Positions 25,255-38,735 of a stretch of DNA of 64,000 nucleotides are shown here, one piece after another; the stretch's first letter is position 1, and every line of letters starts with the position of its first letter. Below the pieces are notes generated by a model that saw only the letters and a program-made list of their open reading frames with translations, was not told where the DNA came from and did no database searches. The stretch is from Nemertoderma westbladi (taxonomy: Eukaryota > Animalia > Xenacoelomorpha): contig JAUCBJ010007449.1 of NCBI GenBank assembly GCA_032718475.1, positions 18,181-82,180 of the forward strand, in the 5' to 3' direction. A program made the position numbers and the translations under genes.

Positions 25255-28200
25255 CTACTACTAGTATCGGCATGCTGCATTGCAGCTGCATTTTTAAGAA
25301 TGCTGTGCCGGCTTGTCGACAAAATTGCGCCGCCACAACTCCCTATCACCCATGACATTTGCTAGATCATCCGCATCTTCAAAGCCAGTGTCCTTTAACC
25401 CTATTAAACCCGGGGGGGGGGGTCAATATGACCACTCCCGTGGTTTTTTTATTATAATTCTGAAACTAACGCAGTTGGGAATCTGAAATTTTATGACTTT
25501 TCCTAAAAATCTATTGTCTTCCTAGTAGTGAAAACCGTTTTCAAAAATATTGGGTACTTTTCGAGTTATAGCACCATTTTTTAACCCTACTTTTGGCACT
25601 TTTTTTGAGACGTTTTTTGAAAATTACATTTCATTAAATATTAATTGTAACATCTCTATTTTTGATTTACACCGGTTTTTTGGTGTTAGAAATTTGATGG
25701 AATTCATATAAATTGATTTAGAAATTTCAAACTTGTTTTTTTCGGTGGGTGCCAAATTTTGGTGCCAGCACCAAATTTTGAAATAAGTCAATTTTGTAAA
25801 TTGATCGTTTGAAACTTGTTTTTTACGCAATTGGGGTTTTTTGGGTTTCTGGATTCGATGAAATATATACGAGTTGCACCAAGCGTATCAAACTTGTATT
25901 TTTCGGTGCTGTGTGCAAATTTTGGTGCTAGCACGAAATTTTGAAAATCTGTTCAATAGATAAAATTGCTTGTGACAATTTATTTCTTGCGTTTTAGAGG
26001 TTTATGGCTGTTCTGAATTCAATGGAAAATACAATTATCGAACTAGACATCTCAAACTTGTATTTTTCGGATGTGGGTGCAAAATGTGGTGCTAGCACCA
26101 CATTTTGAAAACCATCAAATATATCAATTGATTGTGTCACCTTGTTTCTTGCGTTATACGGGTTTGTGATGGTTCTGAATTCAATGGAATCAGTAAAAAT
26201 TTCATAAGAGTTCTCAAACTTGTATTTTTCGCCGGTGGGTGAAAATTGTTGTGCCAGCACCAAATTTTGGAAAATATGCAAATTAATAAGTAGATAGTAT
26301 CACCTTGTTTCTTGCGTTATACGGGTTTATGAGGGTCCTGAATCCGATGGAATCAATAAAAACAGCACTGGACATCGCAAACTTGTACTTTTTGGTGATG
26401 GGTACGAAATTTGGTGCTAGCACCAAAATTTGCCAAATTACGCCGAAAAATACAAGTAGCAATGATCTGGCATATTAGAAATGTATTCCATTAGAATCAG
26501 CGCCCTCGAAAACCTGAAAATGTGAATTTATAGCATCGTATAAGTGAATTAAAAATTTTGTGTTCTAACTGAAAAGTGCTGGTTACTTGTTTTTTTCATT
26601 TTTTTTCCTACGCAGAGAGGACTAAACAGCCATTTATAGTAATCATATCATTTTTTAATATTTTGCAATGTATTTTGCACCCCAGAAAACCTGTATTGAA
26701 AAATAATTAGCCGAAAATGTAACTTTCAAATTTTGTGAAAATTGTGCACTACTTGTAATTTTGGTGCTGCAATATAACCACCCCAGTACATTTTTTCGAA
26801 ATTTTTTTTTTTCGGTCGGATCCAGACAAGTGATACCTACGCACAAACAAAAAATCAGCCGTTTTCGTAAATATTTGTAGATTTTAGAGGGGGGGGGTCA
26901 ATATGACCCCCCCCCCCGGTATTTGTACAACATTTTATAGCCCGGTACTAATAGGGTTAAGATGCATCTCAAGAAAGTCATTGGCTGTCCACCATGCTTA
27001 TTCACTCCATGAGGCTGCCAAAGTACAAGATTATGCACTGGCTGGTCCTCACGGCGAAAGCAATGTCCTGCAAAGCGGAGGCGATTTTGTTCTAGTGTCA
27101 AGCTTGGGGGAACCAATGAGACACCTCCAATGTTATATAGTGTCTGGTTGGAGATGTGTGCATTGTACTTGACACAATGAACCCAGCGTAGCATTCTTGT
27201 GAATGTGCCATCCAGAGATTTGGTGTCCTCAGCAGTTAGAGCCCAGCATGGACTCTCATAGAGGAGTACTGGAACTACTGCTGCTCTAAATAATCGGACC
27301 TAAGTTTCCGATTAATTCTCGGTGACTTCCAAATCCTGGAAAGCCTATTCAAGGCTTCCCATGCCTTTCTCTTACGTATTCGGAGGTCCTCACCTGACAC
27401 CTCACCTCACCAGAACTTTCAATGTTAACTGTCAAAATTTTGGTCTTTCTGTAGTTAATAAAAAGACCAACACTAGAAGCAGCATGTTCTAATGAGCTGA
27501 GGAGCCGTTGGGCTCCCTCTAGTGATTCTGATAGTACTCCTAAGTCATCAGCAAAGTCTAGATCAGTTAGGTACTTGGCAGGATTTCCTCGACTTCTGGA
27601 GCCAGTTTGGTGGAGTTATCCTCACCCCATCATCATTATGATGATCTAAGGACATGCGTAGAACATAGTCAACCACAATTATGAACAAGAATGGTGCAAG
27701 CATTCTTCACCAAGAATGGTGAAGAAGTCTCCCTGGAGGACGCCCCATAACACTTCAAATAGTTCTGTGTCACCATCAACAGTAGACACAAATGTTGTCG
27801 AACCATCGTATACTGATCTGATTGCTGCAATAATTTTATCAGGAATCCCATATAATGAAAGTATGCTGAACATACGTGAGCGGGAGACTGAATCAAAGGC
27901 CTTGAAGAAGTCAACAAAGATAACAGCCAGATGCCTGTCTTTCTTTTTTGATAACTCTTCAATTATCCTTCTAAGTGCCAAAATGGGTTCCATGGTCCCA
28001 CGACCTTTACGGAACCTATTCTAATTTCCACGGAGCAGTCTCTCAATGGGATCCCTGATGCGATTTAATAGAATTCTATTGTATAGCTTTGCAGCAATCG
28101 AGATCAATGAGATTCCCCGAAAAGAACCATAGAGTGTTAGGTTACCCTTCTTGGGAACTGGCACCAACTTATTTGTTTTCATTTCTAGTGGGACTCTTGT

Positions 28201-28979
28201 TGTTCGGTATATGTCAACTATGATGGGATAGATGAGCTTTAAACACTCACGTATTTTAAAGACCTCAGGGGGAACACCATCTACTCCACTGGCACGATTG
28301 GTCTTAATGCTCTTTGCAGCAGCCTTCACTTCTGCAAAGGAGATATCGCCAATGGGAATATCTGGGAGTACAGACTGGAAATAAATAAAAAAATAAAGAC
28401 TGGGATTACTGCCTGTTCAGGGACCTAGATGCAGCCTTAACTGCATTCTTGGCCGCTGTAGTCTGTTTGAGTCGGGACTCTTTCTGCGCCTTATATAGGT
28501 CATTTCGGCACTTCTGGATTTTGTTGTCAGTCCAGGGGGCCCTTTTCCTGTTTCGAGGGTATACTTGAACTGTTTCTGCAGCTGCTAACTTAACTGCTTC
28601 TGTGAAGGCAATATAGCCCTCACAGTGATCTGCCGTCTCAGAGGCAAGAACAAAATACATGTTGCTCAGCTGTAGTGTGAAGCTGGATCTCACACTAGGC
28701 TGTTGCAACAGAGAGGACCAGTCATGCCGCGGCAAGGCAGATTTCGTTGTTCTGCTAGCACGCAGACTAAGTCTTACCTTGGCCACAATAAGGCGGTGAT
28801 CACTGGAGAAGGGTCGAAGTGTAAATGCATTACAGTCTTGTATAGAGCTCCTGTACTTCCTACGAAACATAATATGGTCTATCTGGGACTTGTGACTACA
28901 GGGTCCACTATGAGTCCATAGCTTTCCAGTTCGCTTCTTGAACTGGGTTCCAGCCGAAAACAATCCATTTCCAGAGATA
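25255..28979 (-). mobile_element. RTE-like LINE (APE endonuclease C-half + RT), 5'-truncated, disrupted, interrupted by a MITE
   Basis: EN motifs QIDHIMF and SDHRLI; RT motifs FRGISL, FVDFFKAFDSV, GVLQGD, DFADD. Has a (TAG)n 3' tail and a ~38-bp TSD (25217-25254 and 28980-29017). Confidence 0.9.
25399..26956. mobile_element. piggyBac-type MITE, copy 2 (inserted in the LINE)
   Basis: TTAA TSD at 25395-25398 and 26957-26960; same termini as copy 1. The flanks rejoin to the LINE sequence seen uninterrupted at ~8990-9005. Confidence 0.92.
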
Positions 28980-29399
28980 ATTAATGTTACAATAGCAGCA
29001 TAGGCCTACAGGCGCTAGTCTAATTATTAATAATAATTATACTATAAATTATAGAATTCAGGGAAAGAAACAGGTTACAGGCAGACCTGCAGACATGTGT
29101 ACTGGAAGCTGGGAGCTTATTCTAATCAAAACAATAAACGAGAATCATGAGCACCCACAAGTTAGGCCTACAGTTTCATATTTGTCGTTGTTGGCTGTGG
29201 TTGGGTGTTTGCATATCGTTTGCACTTGTTATAATGTCAGTAGGTGTTAAGAAATTAGACATAGTAGTGCAGTACCGGTAGTGGTCAGGTGGTTATACGG
29301 TTATACAGGTATAGGCCTATCATGACAATTTCAATTTGGTAGTCTATACACTGCAAGCCCGACACAGGTACTAAACAATAAAAGATTCGTTGCACCCTC

Positions 29400-29520
29400 T
29401 GTAAAAGCTTTTGCGGACATAACAAGTCATTTTCACGCAATGCGCAGAATACTCTAAAGTAGCCCTAAAATTTTTCAACTACGCGTCGGAAAGAAATTAG
29501 AACCAAGATGACGAAATCTG
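29400..29520 (+). repeat. 5' LTR remnant
   Basis: Near-identical to 60354-60474 and starts with TG. Confidence 0.75.
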
Positions 29521-29879
29521 CTCTATCTTATTATATTTCCTTCTCACATACACTGCGACTGGACTGTTTCTTCACTACAGTGTATTGTAAAATGGTTAAT
29601 TAAATTATTATATTTCCTTGTGATCCTGATCAACAATTATTAAAGGTTTATAACAGTTCATATTTTATCTTTTTTCACATATATAATACTTAGTTACATA
29701 TACAGTACATTTACCCTTGGTCCGTTGGCAGCCTCGACTAGCCTGGCTATTGCTGCAACCCTTACCAACCCACCGCCTCGCACACTGCATACACATTTTC
29801 TTTTTATTCCATTACAACTAAATTGTGCTTTGGTGATGGTTCTAATTATAACATTTTCCTATAAATAACAATAAACTTA

Positions 29880-32800
29880 AACTAGAATTAAATGAAGTGG
29901 TAGAGCGATATAATAATAAAATACGCGATGAACACGCCGTACGATTCTTCACTCAAGAAGCCGTAGAACCTAATTCCTACGACAAAGCATTATCGGTCGA
30001 GGAAGAGAGAGCCAAAGCAGATTCAGTTACCACACGTTATCTGAAAGATGAAGGTCGTTACGAGATTGGTTTGCCGTTCCGACGGAGAGAACCCAGCTTC
30101 GTGAATAACTGACCATTAGCGGAAAAGAGAATCGTGCAACTTCATCGGCGTTTGATGGCTAACGTTCGAGCCAAAGAAATATATAAAACTCAATTGAAGA
30201 AGTTTATAGACAAGGGATACGCGGAGCGGGTTCCGGAAGAAACACCCATAACGGAGAGAACGTATTATATGACACATCATTACGTTCCCAAGCCTGGTAA
30301 ACCAAACGATGTCCGGGTAGTGTTTGACGGCTCCGCCCTTTATATGGGACAATCCCTAAATTCCTGCAAAACTGTTGCCGGGACCCAACTTACTCCAATC
30401 TTTGTTGGGGATATTACTACGACTGCGGCAATATTCGATCGCCTTGGCTTCGGACATCGAAGGTATGTTTCTACAAGTCAAAGCGTTAGCTAGGGATCAA
30501 GACAGCCTAAGATTTTCGTGGTGGCCTGAAGGAGACTCAACCGAAAACCGGTGGAGTACTGGATAACAATCCAGGCTTTTGGGATCATTTCGAGCCCCTC
30601 GAATGCTTGTTCGGTAGTGCGTACCACTGCCGATGACAACAGAGACGCCTTCTCTAAAGCGGTTATTGACAACATCAAACGGGATATTTACATGGACGAC
30701 AATTTAAAGTCCCTCCTATCGGTGGAAGAAGCCATTGATGTTGCCAAGGGAATGGTAGAGTGCTTACAACGCGGTGGATTTCATCTTACCAAATTCACTA
30801 GTAACTCCCGTGAGTTCCTGGAATCGATCCCATTAGAAGACAGAGGTGTTAAAGATCTAGACCTCATTAAGGACGATCTTCCAGAAACCAAGACTCTTGG
30901 ATTAAAATGGGACACGAAGAGAGATATTCTATTCTTTCAGTTGAAACAACGAGATAATCCAGTTAGAACTAAACGGATTTGTCTAAGTATCCTGAGCACT
31001 TATTTCGATCCGTTGGGATTCATTAGCCCAGTCATACTAGTTGCTCGGAGCTTAGTACAACAAATGTGGCTCGAAAACCACTCGTGGGATGATCCACTCA
31101 AGGGAGAACTGCTAAAGAAGTGGATGAAATGGTGAGATTCTTTACCATCCATTGAGAACTTTAAGATTTCTCACTCATATTTCGGTCACGTTCTCCCCAC
31201 GTATTCCTATCAACTCCATGTGTTTGGAGACGCCAGCGATATGGGAATAGGTATAGTAGCCTACCTGAGGGTTGAAACTCCCGATGGAATTAAGGTTTCA
31301 TTAGTCGCCTCTAAAGCCCTAATAAACAACAAACTGCGAGTTCCAAGAGTGGAGTTAAAGGCAGCTTTATACGCTACTGCCATTGGCTGGAAAGTAACGG
31401 AACAGATCGACTATCCACTGGAGAAAACTGTCTATTGGACTGATGCTTTACTCGTTCTGGAGTATATAACTAATGAAGTCTGTCAGTTCAGCGTCTTCGT
31501 TACCAACAGAGTAGCCATCATACTCAGTCGCTCTAATATAGATCAATGGAGATTGGGACGATTAATCCAGCTGACATTGCTTCCAGAGGAGCGACTCCTC
31601 AAGAATTGATAGATACTCCAGACTGGTTAGGTGGACCCGACTTCCTGAGTAAAGAAGAGGAGGAATGGCCCCCTCATCTCACCACGGTGGAGATTAGACA
31701 AGCCAAAGGAGCGGAGAAAGTCAAACCTAAAACCAGGACGAGTAAATCAAAGTTATTTAAACCAGTGATAGATCTGTCTGTGCTACACACCTCCGGTGAC
31801 GACGCTGTGGACCTAAACTCACCCACGGATGTTACCCGAAATACAACTAAATCCGTTATAGAAATAAGGGAAAGAGACTGGAAATCTGGGACACCAGACG
31901 TCTCACAAGGACTCTCTGATCTCCTACAAAGAGCAATAGATCATTACAGCTCCTGGATTCGGCTTTGCAAGGCCGTTGGTTATTTGAAAAGATGTTTCCA
32001 TCATCACTATTCCAGGACAAAGATCGCTAATGATACCGCTCCAGTAGTATCTGAAAAGATGCTACTAAAGACCTTCCCACTTATAGAGTGTATGATAGGT
32101 TTCTGACTGAGAAGATCAGTTACCAAGAACATGATGATACCAATAAGCAGATACTGAGACTCCTGCAATGTTACGAGGATTCCGATAAGTATTTCCTGTT
32201 GTTGAGAAATCCACAGATGCGCTTAAGGGATCGTTTCTCTAGCACAATGATAGATGGGTTAATACATGTCGGAGGGAGATTAACTAATGCTCCATTTTCC
32301 TTTGACACTAAGTTTCCCATACTCATTAGAAATCTTGAAATACAGATCAAGATGATTGTAGAAGTTCACAGTAAGCTTTACCATGCTGGTAGAGAACGAG
32401 TTCTTAGCGAAATTCTAACTCGCTATTATTTCCATAAGCCCCGTAGAGCTCTAAACCAAGTTCTTAGGAACTGTATACCCTGTAGGAAAGCATTTAGTAG
32501 GCCTTTAACACAGCGAGAGGCAGAATTACCTAGGGAACGAGTAAGCTTTTATGAACCACCCTTTACTAATACTGGTGTGGATTTATTTGGCCCTATTGAA
32601 GTATATCGTGCTAGGACTATAATCAAGCGATGGTGCGTCATCTTTGTCTGTATGACTTGTAGAACGATCCATCTAGATATGGTGAACGATCTATCTACCA
32701 ACAGCTTCATACTGAGTTTATGCCGATAGATCGCTCATTTTGGGACTAGCAACACTATGAGATCTGACAAAGGAACAAATTTCATTGGCGCCAATAACGA

Positions 32801-33577
32801 GATCAAAGCTTACGTAAAGGATTGGAATCAAAGACAGGTGGACGATCAGCTAAGAGTAACAGCATCTAGCTGGACCTTCAACGCCGCCGACGCCCCTTGG
32901 TGGGGAGGAAGTTGGGAGAGACTCATACGAAGCGTGAAGACCGCATTTCACTTTATAGTGCCGTGCCGCGCGTATCTCACCGACAAACTTTTGTTGACGT
33001 TAATGGAAGAAATCGCCGCCTATCTCAACGAGGACCGCTCATGCCAGTCTCATCTAGTCCCGACTCCCTAAAAGCGCTAACACCCGCGCATTTCCTACTA
33101 AAGAAACCGGTAGCCATGCTCCCGCAATCGGAAATAACAGACGGAGACGAATACTGCCGACAAACTTGGCAACTTATGCAGTTATTATCCCGTCGTTTCG
33201 CTGACCATTTCGAAAAACATTATCTTCCTACGCTACAACTTCGAACAAAGTGGTTTGCGCAGCAAGAAAACGTCAGCACCAGAGACATGGTCATTATCGT
33301 GGAATCAGATCTTCCCCGTAAGAGGTGGCAGACAGGTTGTATCATTGAGACTCATATATCCGATGATGGTTTAGTGCGATCGGTAGAACTTGTCGTCATG
33401 CGACGTAACTTTAAGAAACCTGGAATTGTGTTCGAAACGAAACAACTTAATCGCCCGGTTGGTCGTTTATGTTTACTGGAAAGAGACCGAGAGTTGTCCG
33501 GTAACTATGGAAGGCATGAGACTTTTCCCACGACCACCTCCCTAATCCAACAAACATCTAGGGACTCCCCAATGTAA
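29880..33577 (+). pseudogene. pol: BEL/Pao pol (RT, RNase H, integrase, DUF5641-like tail) with several stops and frameshifts; gag/protease missing
   Basis: RT: RVVFDGS, GPNLL, DIEGMFLQV, YMDD, FDPLG. RNase H: FGDAS, PRVELKA, WTD. IN: HAG..CIPC, GVDLFGP, SDKGTNF, WERLIRSVK. Tail: LTPAHFL, DGLVRSV, RPVGRLCLL. Confidence 0.93.
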
Positions 33578-34162
33578 CAGCGTTCAGAGTGGGTGTGTGA
33601 CTACATTATTTTATATTTTTATTTTTATATTTATGTATGTATTATTATGTAATTTTATTATTATAATCGTTTTCTTTAATTTTATTTAGTAGAATAATAT
33701 TTTAACGATTATTTAGTAGATTAGTGCAATATATTAGTGTTTTATTACTTAATTACTTAATATAATATATTTCGTTTAACGGCGAGAAATAATTCATTTT
33801 CTCTTTCCTTACTGTCCGTATCATACTATAAATATGTGACTCCAGTAAGATGAAATGTCAGTACTTATTAAAGTACAATATACCGCCCCTACTATACTTA
33901 AGTATTATTGGTAATTAGAGTATTAGGAATGCAAAGTTCAGATCCTCGTGTCTCGGCTAAACCAAGCTCTGGGTAGACCTTGGAAACGACTTGCCTCTTC
34001 TCACTGAAATTGCTTCTTGCAATATTGCTCTCATACCGTATCTTAAATAATACATATAGTAGAATGATGTCCATTTAACAGTAGCGTTGAAGCTCAAAAT
34101 ATTAACAAATATTATTAATATTAATAATATTATTAAATAAATCTGTTAATAAATCTTCAAAC

Positions 34163-34472
34163 AAATCTGTTGAACCTTTTGAGCATCTGAAATTCTAGTC
34201 GATTAAGATATCGCGGCACCCACCAATATACTTGAAAGACAAAATTCTAGAAGCAGTGGTTAACTTCCCCAGACATGTTCTGGAATATACAGGTGCCCAT
34301 CCCAAATATTAAATATTAAATATTTGATAAATATCTACAACGTTTGTTATAACACATGTTAAAATATGGAAAATTTATAAATCAAATCTGTTAAAATTTT
34401 AGATCCTCTAAAATTCTAGTCAATTAAGATATCGTAGTACTTACCGATACTCTTAAAAGACAAATTTCTGGA
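34163..34472 (+). repeat. Diverged ~90-bp direct repeat with ~220-bp spacing in the retroelement intergenic region
   Basis: AAATCTGTT..AAATTCTAGTC.ATTAAGATATCG..AAAGACAAA occurs at ~34163 and ~34384. Confidence 0.7.
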
Positions 34473-35387
34473 ATTAAGGATCCTAGTATTAAGGATCTCA
34501 AATAATAAAATTCACGAGAATAAATTTTAAATTCATATCCTCTCATGAATTTGATAAATTGTCATTTTATACAATTTATAAACATTCCCAAAATTCCATT
34601 AATTAATAGATCATGGGAGCGGAGATTCACCCTATTAAGTATATTAGTGTGAGAGAATCTCCAGTGTACAGTCAATAGCCGATAAAATTCATAAAATCAT
34701 GTATAAGGGGAATATTGACAATTAAAGAATCACTATTAAATAGCATCCCAGATCTGTATGCATGAGAATTACCCTAATTCTACCGCTAGCTTTCCATAAT
34801 GTCACCATAGTAACAACCACGCTAGAATTAGAAGCGAGTTAAAAGAACAATAGAAAGCTTGCCCCATTGAATAGCATGCGGAATAAATAGCACCTTGCTA
34901 GTATCCAGGGATACATAATAATAATGTGGCATTCTGGGAGGAATTTGACTAACGGACAAATGGCCCTAATTTGTACAAATTGTGGCAGGAATGTGGAATT
35001 TGTGTATTTATAGGTGAATGTTACTACTAAAGTGTGTTTACAGTAGCGAGTCGCAGTTGTGAAAGTTACCCTGCCTCTGTAACAAGTACCTCCAGTAAAT
35101 CCAAGCCCTTGGGACGGACAGTGGAGTGACTCGCGCTGGTTATTGTTGTCGTTGTGTAGCTACTACGCTAGCGAGAGGCACAGCGACAACAGTACATCAG
35201 CGCTGAGGATCTCACGCTGTCCGGGGGTATAGAGGGGGAGGCAGCGACGACCGTTAGCCTGATTATTATTAACTATAATATCGATAAACTCATATAGCAG
35301 CTATGACTGAGTTGATAGAAGATGATCTTGGTATCAGGGAGCGATATACCCTACCACTGCAAGCGTTTGTTGATAGTTTCATAAGCG

Positions 35388-37295
35388 GTGACGCTAGTCA
35401 ACATACTACGGAAGACGTATATCGAACCGCCAAAGGAACAGCTCAAGCGTGAATTGGACTATAGAAAATTCACCGCTCGCTATACGCATCATAATGGTAC
35501 GTATATGGACTTCTTAACTACTGGTCATCCTATCAATTTACATGATACGGACGATGTAGATACCGAAAGGGAAATGATTCTATTTAAATTTCATGCCCAG
35601 CGGAGTCAGAATGATAAACTGAGAATTGAACATGAAAATTCTATTCGAAACCAACTCGAAAGAGAAGATGTTGAAGAGCCGGATAAACGCAGTGACTTCA
35701 ACGAATATTTAGAATTCTTGAGAGAAACTTATCTCAATGTAGCCAGTCAACAAAATCTAGAAACTCGATATCCTCAAGGTATACATCATAACCCTATGAT
35801 AGAACTCGAACGACTCTATTTTACTATGATGTATCTTACCGCCGATCGACCGTTACCTGTTGTACCGGATAGCTTCGAACAGATGGAGGATTATTGTAAA
35901 ACTGGAGAAAGATCACCAGCGTTTCCCTTACAAGATGTGCGTCTTTGCTATTACTGCGATGAATGCCCTAGACCCAATCAACAAATGGAAAGACATAAAA
36001 ATCCGCGGAGACGTTGCGCTAAACACAGTTTTACTCGCTATACTGAAGGGAGCTTTGAGCAAAACTTGTTCGACGTATCACCTATGCTCGCTCGACTCAA
36101 ACGATCCTTAAATAAACCTATGATCAGAGTTCTGGAATACTCGGTCAGATCTCCTCATTCCCTGGTGTGACCTCAGACTCTTGATCCTAATAGTATGACG
36201 GATCCTCCTGAGTTCTACTCATTGTTCAAAGATCTAGTGTTACCCGAACAATTAATCGGTGGCATTCTGGTTGTGGGCTCTCTAGATATTCGCCCATCCT
36301 ACCTAGCCGGATTGGGACGCGGACATCTAATATCGCCGTTCAACCCATATAATCGTCCCGGTTTAACTCCGATAAAACCTGTCATCGAGGTGGAGGAAAG
36401 CGTTGTACGAAACGCATTAGACACTATTCGACAAAAGATCGGAAAAGGAACCTACGATTGTTTAGACAAACGTAAATTGCAACAACAAGTCCAAGCGGTA
36501 AAAGAATTAGCTTTACCCCAGTTTGATCGGGAAATCCAGAATCTTGAGAAAGATATCGAACTTGGACAAACATACTCTCTACAAGAGTTCTTGGACGAAC
36601 GCTTCCAACAACAAGCGGAGGAAAATCAGCTCGAGGAGAAGCACATAGAAATGGATGGGAGAGAAGAAGCAGCTTTAGCCCAACCAGAAGCTCAAATCCT
36701 TATGACTGATCTCTATTCCAAAACCATCATTCATCCTTCGATGGTTCCCCATTTCGGAGACAAACTCTTCGCCATGGTACAACCCCAACCGGTTGATATC
36801 AACTTAAGATCTAGAGATCTTATCGCTGACGCTCCTATGTTACAACGTCCGCCAATCGAGGCCGCTCGTGTCAACGGTATACTCGTTGAACCTCCGGACA
36901 ATCGAGTGGATCTTGTCCGTCGTACGGTACACGAGGTCAACCTACGCACTAGACCTATACTGAACTCATTTTATGGGATCAAAGATCACCCCTATTATGT
37001 CAATTTAACTCAATATTATATGGTGAAACCAGAAGATCCTACACACAGTTTAAAGTTTCTACCATTGATAAATCCCCTTGATCTTGTTGAACTCGAACAA
37101 CTACAGAAACATTTAGATCAATTGGTTAAAGTAAACTTATTCAGAAAAGCTTATAATGTTTCAAGAATAGAAAAGGACATAATACCTCCGTATAATCTCG
37201 ATAGATTTATTAAAACTCTATTAGTCCATTGGAATCTCGACATATTATTCAAGGAAGAGAGAATACAGCGATATGGAGATGCAGATACTTATACT
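35388..37295 (+). pseudogene. N-terminal part of the retroelement accessory ORF (function of this part unknown)
   Basis: ORFs 35388-36170 and 36195- are in the same frame, separated by one TGA. The frame is cut at ...DADTYT by the Polinton. A possible true start is the ATG at 35304, via a frameshift. Confidence 0.75.
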
Positions 37296-37889
37296 AGTAG
37301 TAGAAGAAGAGGTGACCCCAACGAACTCCTCCCTAGCTTGGGCTATGGGCTACATCTCGGAGGACTATTAAAAATGCCAAATTCCGATGCTAAATTACGG
37401 CGTTTAATTGCCTACATCTGTCACCATCGAGGTAGTTACCATCAACCAATCGTAGCGTATTCACCTACGCGTAGCCCACCTTACTCGATAGCAGCTGTTA
37501 CCACCCTTCGGTATTGATTCGTATCATTGCTGCAACAACCATACATTGCATATTCATCTTCGCGTAGCCTAACTTCTCGAGGCATGGCTAGCCCCCAACC
37601 CATCGCTATTCGATCAACCAACCAACAGCGATACACCCTCAGATTATTCCCCTTTTCGCCACGCTACCACCTCCACATACTGTATATGGTGACTAAAACG
37701 ATAACGTGGCCATCTACACGATGCATATACCAAGTCGTTATATTACAGTATATTATATCGATTGCCAACTCAACGATTTACGTCCCTCCGTTGATAGAGC
37801 TACTCAACTGCTGTCGCCAAACCAACAAACCAACCACTCAGTATGATACATGTGCATGAAATTCCGCCACGTTCCAGCTACGCGTATAC
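37296..37889 (+). repeat. Polinton left terminal inverted repeat
   Basis: Reverse complement of 57409-58023, with a few substitutions and small indels. Confidence 0.95.
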
Positions 37890-38128
37890 ACACATTAGTG
37901 ATTATTATTATTATGCAATAATTTTTAATTAAACTGCATTTTCCCTCCCGGCTAATCAACCAATCAATAAACCGAATTTAGGCTATTTCTCAGTTTAAGA
38001 CCTGTATTATTTTTGAAAATATCTTATATATATAATCTCTTGCTTTAATCACAATTAATCATTTGTAATGGTTTTAGTTTAAAAGTTTTTACTTTGTTTG
38101 TTTGATTTACAATAAAATAAATTAAATA

Positions 38129-38572
38129 ATGTCTTCTGATTCCGATATGGTTATGCCAATAGTAAGGCATTCATTTTTTGCAGAAGATGGTCAAGCCTAT
38201 ATTGTTATTGATTATACAATTTACCGTCAGGGAGATGATAAATATAAAATTGAGTTTTCTGAAAAAGCCAGGAAAGTTTTAAGCTCAATTGATATTGATG
38301 CTTCTGATAATAGTATTCATCTCTTAGATTACAACCGGAAAGTTGAGCATGAGGGAAAATTAATCAACATCTTACTATTATCCATGATAGAGGGGTTTAT
38401 TGTTATTACACAATACAACGAAGCTGGTGAAAAGTTTGAAATACGGCTAAATCGGCATAGCCCCTACGAAATTATGTCTTTCTTTATTGTAATGATTTCA
38501 AAAGAATCCTTTATCGAACCTGAAGAATCAACAGATAATGTTGAATATGTTGATAATATCATTGATTCTTGA
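38129..38572 (+). CDS. Polinton hypothetical protein (147 aa, acidic)
   Basis: Intact ATG-initiated ORF, first in the + strand gene block; no motif recognised. Confidence 0.6.
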   Translation: MSSDSDMVMPIVRHSFFAEDGQAYIVIDYTIYRQGDDKYKIEFSEKARKVLSSIDIDASDNSIHLLDYNRKVEHEGKLINILLLSMIEGFIVITQYNEAGEKFEIRLNRHSPYEIMSFFIVMISKESFIEPEESTDNVEYVDNIIDS

Positions 38573-38735
38573 CTTTTCCCACTATATTATAAATATTTTA
38601 TGATTATTTATAAAATTTTAATGTTTTTAAATAATCGAAAATTGTAGTAGTATTTGTATATACAGTATAACAGTTTTGTTTGTTGTTGTTGTGTATTGAG
38701 GTAATTATTTTCAATTTACTTTACAATTTGGAAAA

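Noticed and set aside
37296-37859. C-terminal 73 aa of ORF 36195-37517 and ORF 37527-37859 (and mirror ORFs at 57439-57943)
   Set aside because: Read-through into, or chance ORFs within, the Polinton TIRs.
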